From positions 1,054,001 to 1,118,000 of the forward strand of contig MU056000.1 in the NCBI GenBank assembly GCA_013239625.1: a stretch of DNA of 64,000 nt, in the 5' to 3' direction. The notes under the pieces were generated by a model, which did not search any database, had not been told where the DNA came from, and was given only the letters and a program-made list of their open reading frames with translations. Below are positions 59,593 to 64,000 of the stretch, piece after piece (the first letter of the stretch is position 1; every line of letters begins with the position of its first letter). This stretch comes from Lama guanicoe (taxonomy: Eukaryota). The position numbers and the translations under genes are program-made.

Positions 59593-62332
59593 ATGATACA
59601 CTGGTGAGGGAGGCGGATTTCCACGTCCGATGCCCTGCACCGTGCTGCGAATCTGACCCTGAGTCTGGCTGGTGCATGGCTGGACGTCATCACGGGGCGA
59701 GCCGTGTGAGAGGGAGCAGCGGCAGACTTGACTCTCGAGCGATTTCACGGCCCGGGGAGCACGCGCAGGAGGGCTGGAGGAGACGGATGAGACTTGACAC
59801 ATCCGAGCAGCAGCAGAGGAAGGAGGCGACTTAATGGGCTCCTCCAGGACCGCCCCGGGAGGATGGATCGTCCTCGCCCATTAAATTTTAACCGGCTCCG
59901 GGACGTTCCTGCAGCAGCGCGCCCTGGGCCGGCAGAGCGCCTGGAAGAGGAGGCCCTGCTCTCCGACCGCTTACAGTCGGCGGCGATCTGGGGAGAGGAG
60001 CGGCGTCCAGCCAGCGCCTTCCACCTGCAGCACCCCAGCGCGGGGACCGTGGGTGCGTCCCAGCTTCTCCGGAAGCCCCATCCCAAAGGGCGCCGCCCCC
60101 ACAGTGGCAGGTCCGTGCAATGGGAGCTGCCCTCGGCGATTTGCCTCGTGGGCCTGATTCCTGCGGAGTCTCCTGGGAAGGCATGGTAGCACGTGCAGCC
60201 GAGGATGGGGGAGTCGGGAGAGGAGGGGCGCCGTGAGCTTGGACTGGAGAGCCCCGGAGAGGACCCCGCGGGGAGGCACTCTGGGGCGGGTCCCCCTGCA
60301 GAGCCGGTGTCTCCCTCAGCCTCCCCTCAGAGGGAGCGAGGGTGCTGCGTGACCGGGCGGGCGGCTCCCGAGGGCCTGCCCTGCGTGTTGGCAATGGGAC
60401 CAGCTCAGCTTTGCACTGGGTCACCACAAAGCACCCCCGACACCTGCCCCTCGAGTTCCAGAACAGGACATCATGACAGGGGACTCTGACACTCACCCGA
60501 GTGCCCGTCTGCCGGGCTCAGGGCTGAGCCACAGCTCGCGGAGCCCGGGGTTGTGTGTGGAGAGACAGCTGCTACGTTTGGTCTCTGCCCATCAGAGAAC
60601 CGTCCTTCACCCCTGTCCCAGGGCGAACTTGAGGCCACACGTTGTGTGCAGCCAGGGCCAAGCGCTGGGGCCCTGGCGTCCGTGCGGAGCAGAGCCCCGT
60701 CCCCGCCGGCGCTGCCTTGCGGTTTGGGAGGACGTCATGTTTTGTGGGGCTGTACGTCTGCCGGTCAGAGCGGCGAGCCTGCCTCGTGCACACCGAGCGC
60801 CTGCGAGGAACGTGGGACTTGAAGCCCCTCCCTGGCGGAGACTGAGGGGCGCGCGGGGCAGGCCGACTGGGACGCGGGGCGAAGGCCGCAGGGAGAGTCT
60901 TCACAGAAGCAGCGTGCTTGCCGGGCTGGCCTCCCTTTTTAGGGTTTGGGACCTCGGTTCACCTCCTGAAGGCCGGCGTTTACTCCGGGCGGACGGGGCT
61001 CTGGCCACACGTGTCTGAGGGGCCGGTGCTCTGACAGCAGGGGGCTTCGGGAGCGTGCGGCCATGGGAACGCTTGCAGGGACCCAAGGGAGAGGAAACGG
61101 GGATATGTGTCTGTCGGTCAATGAATAGATGCCTCCTGTCTTTTGAAAAAGAGATTAGCTCAGTCGGGGTCTGGAAGGAACCAAAGTGCTGCTAAGACAA
61201 ATCGCTGGTTGAAATGCAGCTGCCGAAACTAAAGGAAACTAAATCTAAATCGTGCTCGCAGAGCCCACCCGGCTTCCGACGGAGGCCCCGCCCCCACGTC
61301 CTGGGCGAGTCCGGCCGCGTTGGTGTCAGGAGGCGGGGATCTGGCCTCACTCTGCGTGCTGGGAGGGTGGCTTCCCCGTCTCCTCCTTGTCCTCCCCACA
61401 GGTGACTGTGCAGCGAGGAGTCATTCTGAATTAGGACTCAGCGAAGGGCAGCTCTTCGAGTTGGGCTCGGAGGACGCAGCTGAGCGCGGCTCCCTGGGTG
61501 CGTGTCCCGAGTCCCCGACCTCGTCGGCGTCCTCTCGCGTGCAGGGTGCAGGTGCTGCCCTCGCCCCCGGCTGGCGGGCCCCCGAGCCCAGGCGCCACAC
61601 GCCTGCGGTGAAGTCTCACGTCTTCCCTGCTTGGCTCTCGGGGGGGTTTCTCGAGGTGCCTGACGTCTGGCTGCTCGTGCCCTTGGGCCCCCGGTCTCCC
61701 CAGTGGTCCGGCTTTGGCTCCCGGAAGCCCTTCTTCCCCTGCACCGCCCAGCCCCCAGTCGCCCAGGGGAGCGGGGCCTGTGCCGCCACTGCCCCCTCGC
61801 CGGTCTCCTGGTCCCGCAGGTCGGCACCTTGTTCTTGGGGCTGAGGGCCCTCCCTGCGGAGCTGCCGAGTGAGCGAGTGGAGGCCCGCAGGCGCGGGCGG
61901 GGGCCGGGCCGGCGCGGATGAGCCCGGAGCGCCTTGTCGCTGTGCCGCCCGCCCCGCGGCGTGTCTCCTGGCGCCCCCGCCCCCGCCTCAAGAGCGCCGA
62001 GGTCCCTGTGAGTGGGCAGGCGATCCCGTCCACCGCTTCTGAGTCCCAAGTGCTACGACGGTGCTCAGCGCCGGATGAAGGCCCGTGGGTTGGACTGTGT
62101 GAGTGAGTTGTCTGCTCAGCATTTAGGGAAGACCTGGCAACACTCGAGTCTGTCCTGCTTTGCAAGCCCGTCCTTTTCAGTCGCCAGGGAAGGCTCTGGG
62201 CCCGCGACGACCCATTTCTCCTTCCCGACGAGGCGTTTCCAGAGGACTTGCACGTGCCAAGGCCCTGCGGTAGCTGCACAGCTCAGGGGATTCTCTGGAG
62301 GCCAAACGGTAAATGTCAAGACACCGAGGTTT

Positions 62333-62622
62333 ACTTTCCTTTCCATTCTCTTTTACTGAAGTACAGTCGGTTTACAGTGCTGTGTCAGTGTCTGGTGCGC
62401 AGCACCACGTTTCAGTCACACAGATGCATACATTTATTCATGTTTATATTCTTTCTCATGCCAGGTTACCACAAGGTATGGAATATAGTTCCGTGTGCTG
62501 TGCAGTAGGACCTTGTTGTTTATCTACTTTATATATAGTGGTGTGTGTCTGCAAACCTTGAACTCCCAATTTATCCCTTGCCCGTCCTTCCTCCCCGGTA
62601 GCCAAGAGTCTGTTTTCTATAC
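62333..62622 (-). mobile_element. 5'-truncated L1 3' UTR fragment
   Basis: actgaagtacagtcggtttacagtgctgtgtcag...gaatatagttccgtgtgctgtgcagtaggaccttgttgtttatct; TSD gacac(c/t)gaggttt at 62320-62332 and 62623-62635. Confidence 0.9.
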
Positions 62623-64000
62623 GACACTGAGGTTTGCATCTAAGCTGAGCACAGCCTTTCCCCCACAGTTAACATACTGACAATTACAACAAGTTCTGCC
62701 TTTAAAGAGTTTAGACAGTTGTCTGACGGAGACTGAGATTAGGGTAACGTTTTCTCTGTCACTACCTCTGGGAGTTTGATTTGATAACGCGCTTCGGCTG
62801 CTTGCAGCGGGGACAGTAGGGTTTCCATCAGATGGAAGGTGGGGAGGGAGGGAGGAGAGGGTACTAACTCGCTCCTCCTCTGGGAGATTCCTTTGCGCCA
62901 GCGTCCAAGTTTGGGCGTGCCTGCCCGAGGGGTCGAGAGATGGTGAGTCTGCGGTGGGCCGGGGGGGGGGGGCTGTCGGCAGGTCCGCGTCCCTCCTCTC
63001 ACCCACAGGGAGGCCAGCCTTGTAAGGCTCCACAGGGTCCCCAGAGAAAGTCCCCAAGGAGGCGGAGTGCTGTGGGGATGGGGACGCCCAAGCGTGCCTC
63101 CTGTAAGCCGGTGCCCTGAAGAGACCGAGGCATAGAGGAGACATTCCCGCATGGGCAGCCTGGCCCCCAAAGTGTCAGCACGGAGCCCCTGGGGACACCG
63201 CCCCCTGGATCTGCGTCGCCCAGGTGAGGCGCTGCTCCAGGTTGGGCAGGTCTCCATCACAGGAGGTGAGCCCTCCGGCCGGGGCAGGGCATGGGGGGGA
63301 CCCCGGGGGGCAGGTGTTCACATCCTGCCGACGTCCTCATCGCTGAGCAGGGTTTCCAACCCCGCAGTCCTCGGGCCCCTTGTGGCCAGGTGCACCTGCT
63401 CGACGCCCGATCGGGCCACATGGCAACAGAGAGGCTGCCCCCGCCCCCTGGGCGGCCCTACGAGTCCAGCTGGTGTCTCTGCAGCATCTCCGCTCATGGG
63501 GCACCTTGGACCCCTCTGTCCCCGGTCGCAGTGGCTGTCCCGCGCCAGCCACGCGGTCGGCTGCCGCCTCTCCAGGCACAGAGCAAGGCCTGGCTGCTTG
63601 CTCAGCAGGCCGAACCCCAGGCCTGTTCCACCTAACACGGTCCCGGACAGCGAACCCCGAGCAGATGAGCCAGAGCAGGTAGAACAGAAAACGAATTCAG
63701 TTCCAAAAAGCCCACCAGTGCTGTGCTGCGTGGTGTGCGGCTGGCGGCAACACTGATCAGGTCTCTGACACGCCGGTGTTTCAGTCACTATTAGTTTTTG
63801 CGTTACTTTTTATTGCTTTCACATACTGCACTGTAACGTTGTTTATCTCAGTTACGAGTCTCTTTGACGGACCTGACATTTTCTGGCCGAGGCCGGTGCC
63901 CGTCTCCTCACCCCGGCTGCAGTCCCGGCGGCTGGGACTGTGAGGTTCCCGCGAGAAATGTGCCTAGGAAGTGCCTGGGGAAAACCAGAAAACGTGGCCG

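Noticed and set aside
10500-64000. Orthologues of human lncRNAs upstream of or antisense to IRX4
   Set aside because: Cannot be delineated from sequence alone without transcript evidence.

Overview
This is GC-rich mammalian genomic DNA, not prokaryotic. There are no operons, CRISPR arrays or rRNA genes, and almost all listed six-frame ORFs are by-products of high GC. The only supportable protein-coding gene is IRX4 (Iroquois/TALE homeobox 4) on the minus strand: five coding exons, join(6046-6090, 5297-5548, 4468-4580, 3312-3640, 2038-2861), 1563 nt, 520 aa, all introns GT-AG, with an AATAAA at 1479-1484. The homeobox and part of the C-terminus lie in N-runs whose lengths keep the reading frame. 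The remaining ~57 kb is upstream non-coding sequence with CpG islands, AT-rich motif-dense blocks resembling conserved enhancers, truncated L1s, MaLR/MLT LTRs, MER33-like DNA transposons and four tRNA-Ala-derived SINEs of Vic-1 type, which point to a camelid genome. I found no convincing new biological system. The best leads are: (1) a 225-codon out-of-frame upstream ORF overlapping IRX4 exons 1-3 that a distal promoter would bypass; (2) an in-frame alternative exon-4 donor adding 46 aa; (3) N-runs that look like masking of the most conserved sequence; (4) strong AT-to-GC drift in old repeats. Comparisons to human IRX4 and repeat consensus sequences are from memory and need alignment.
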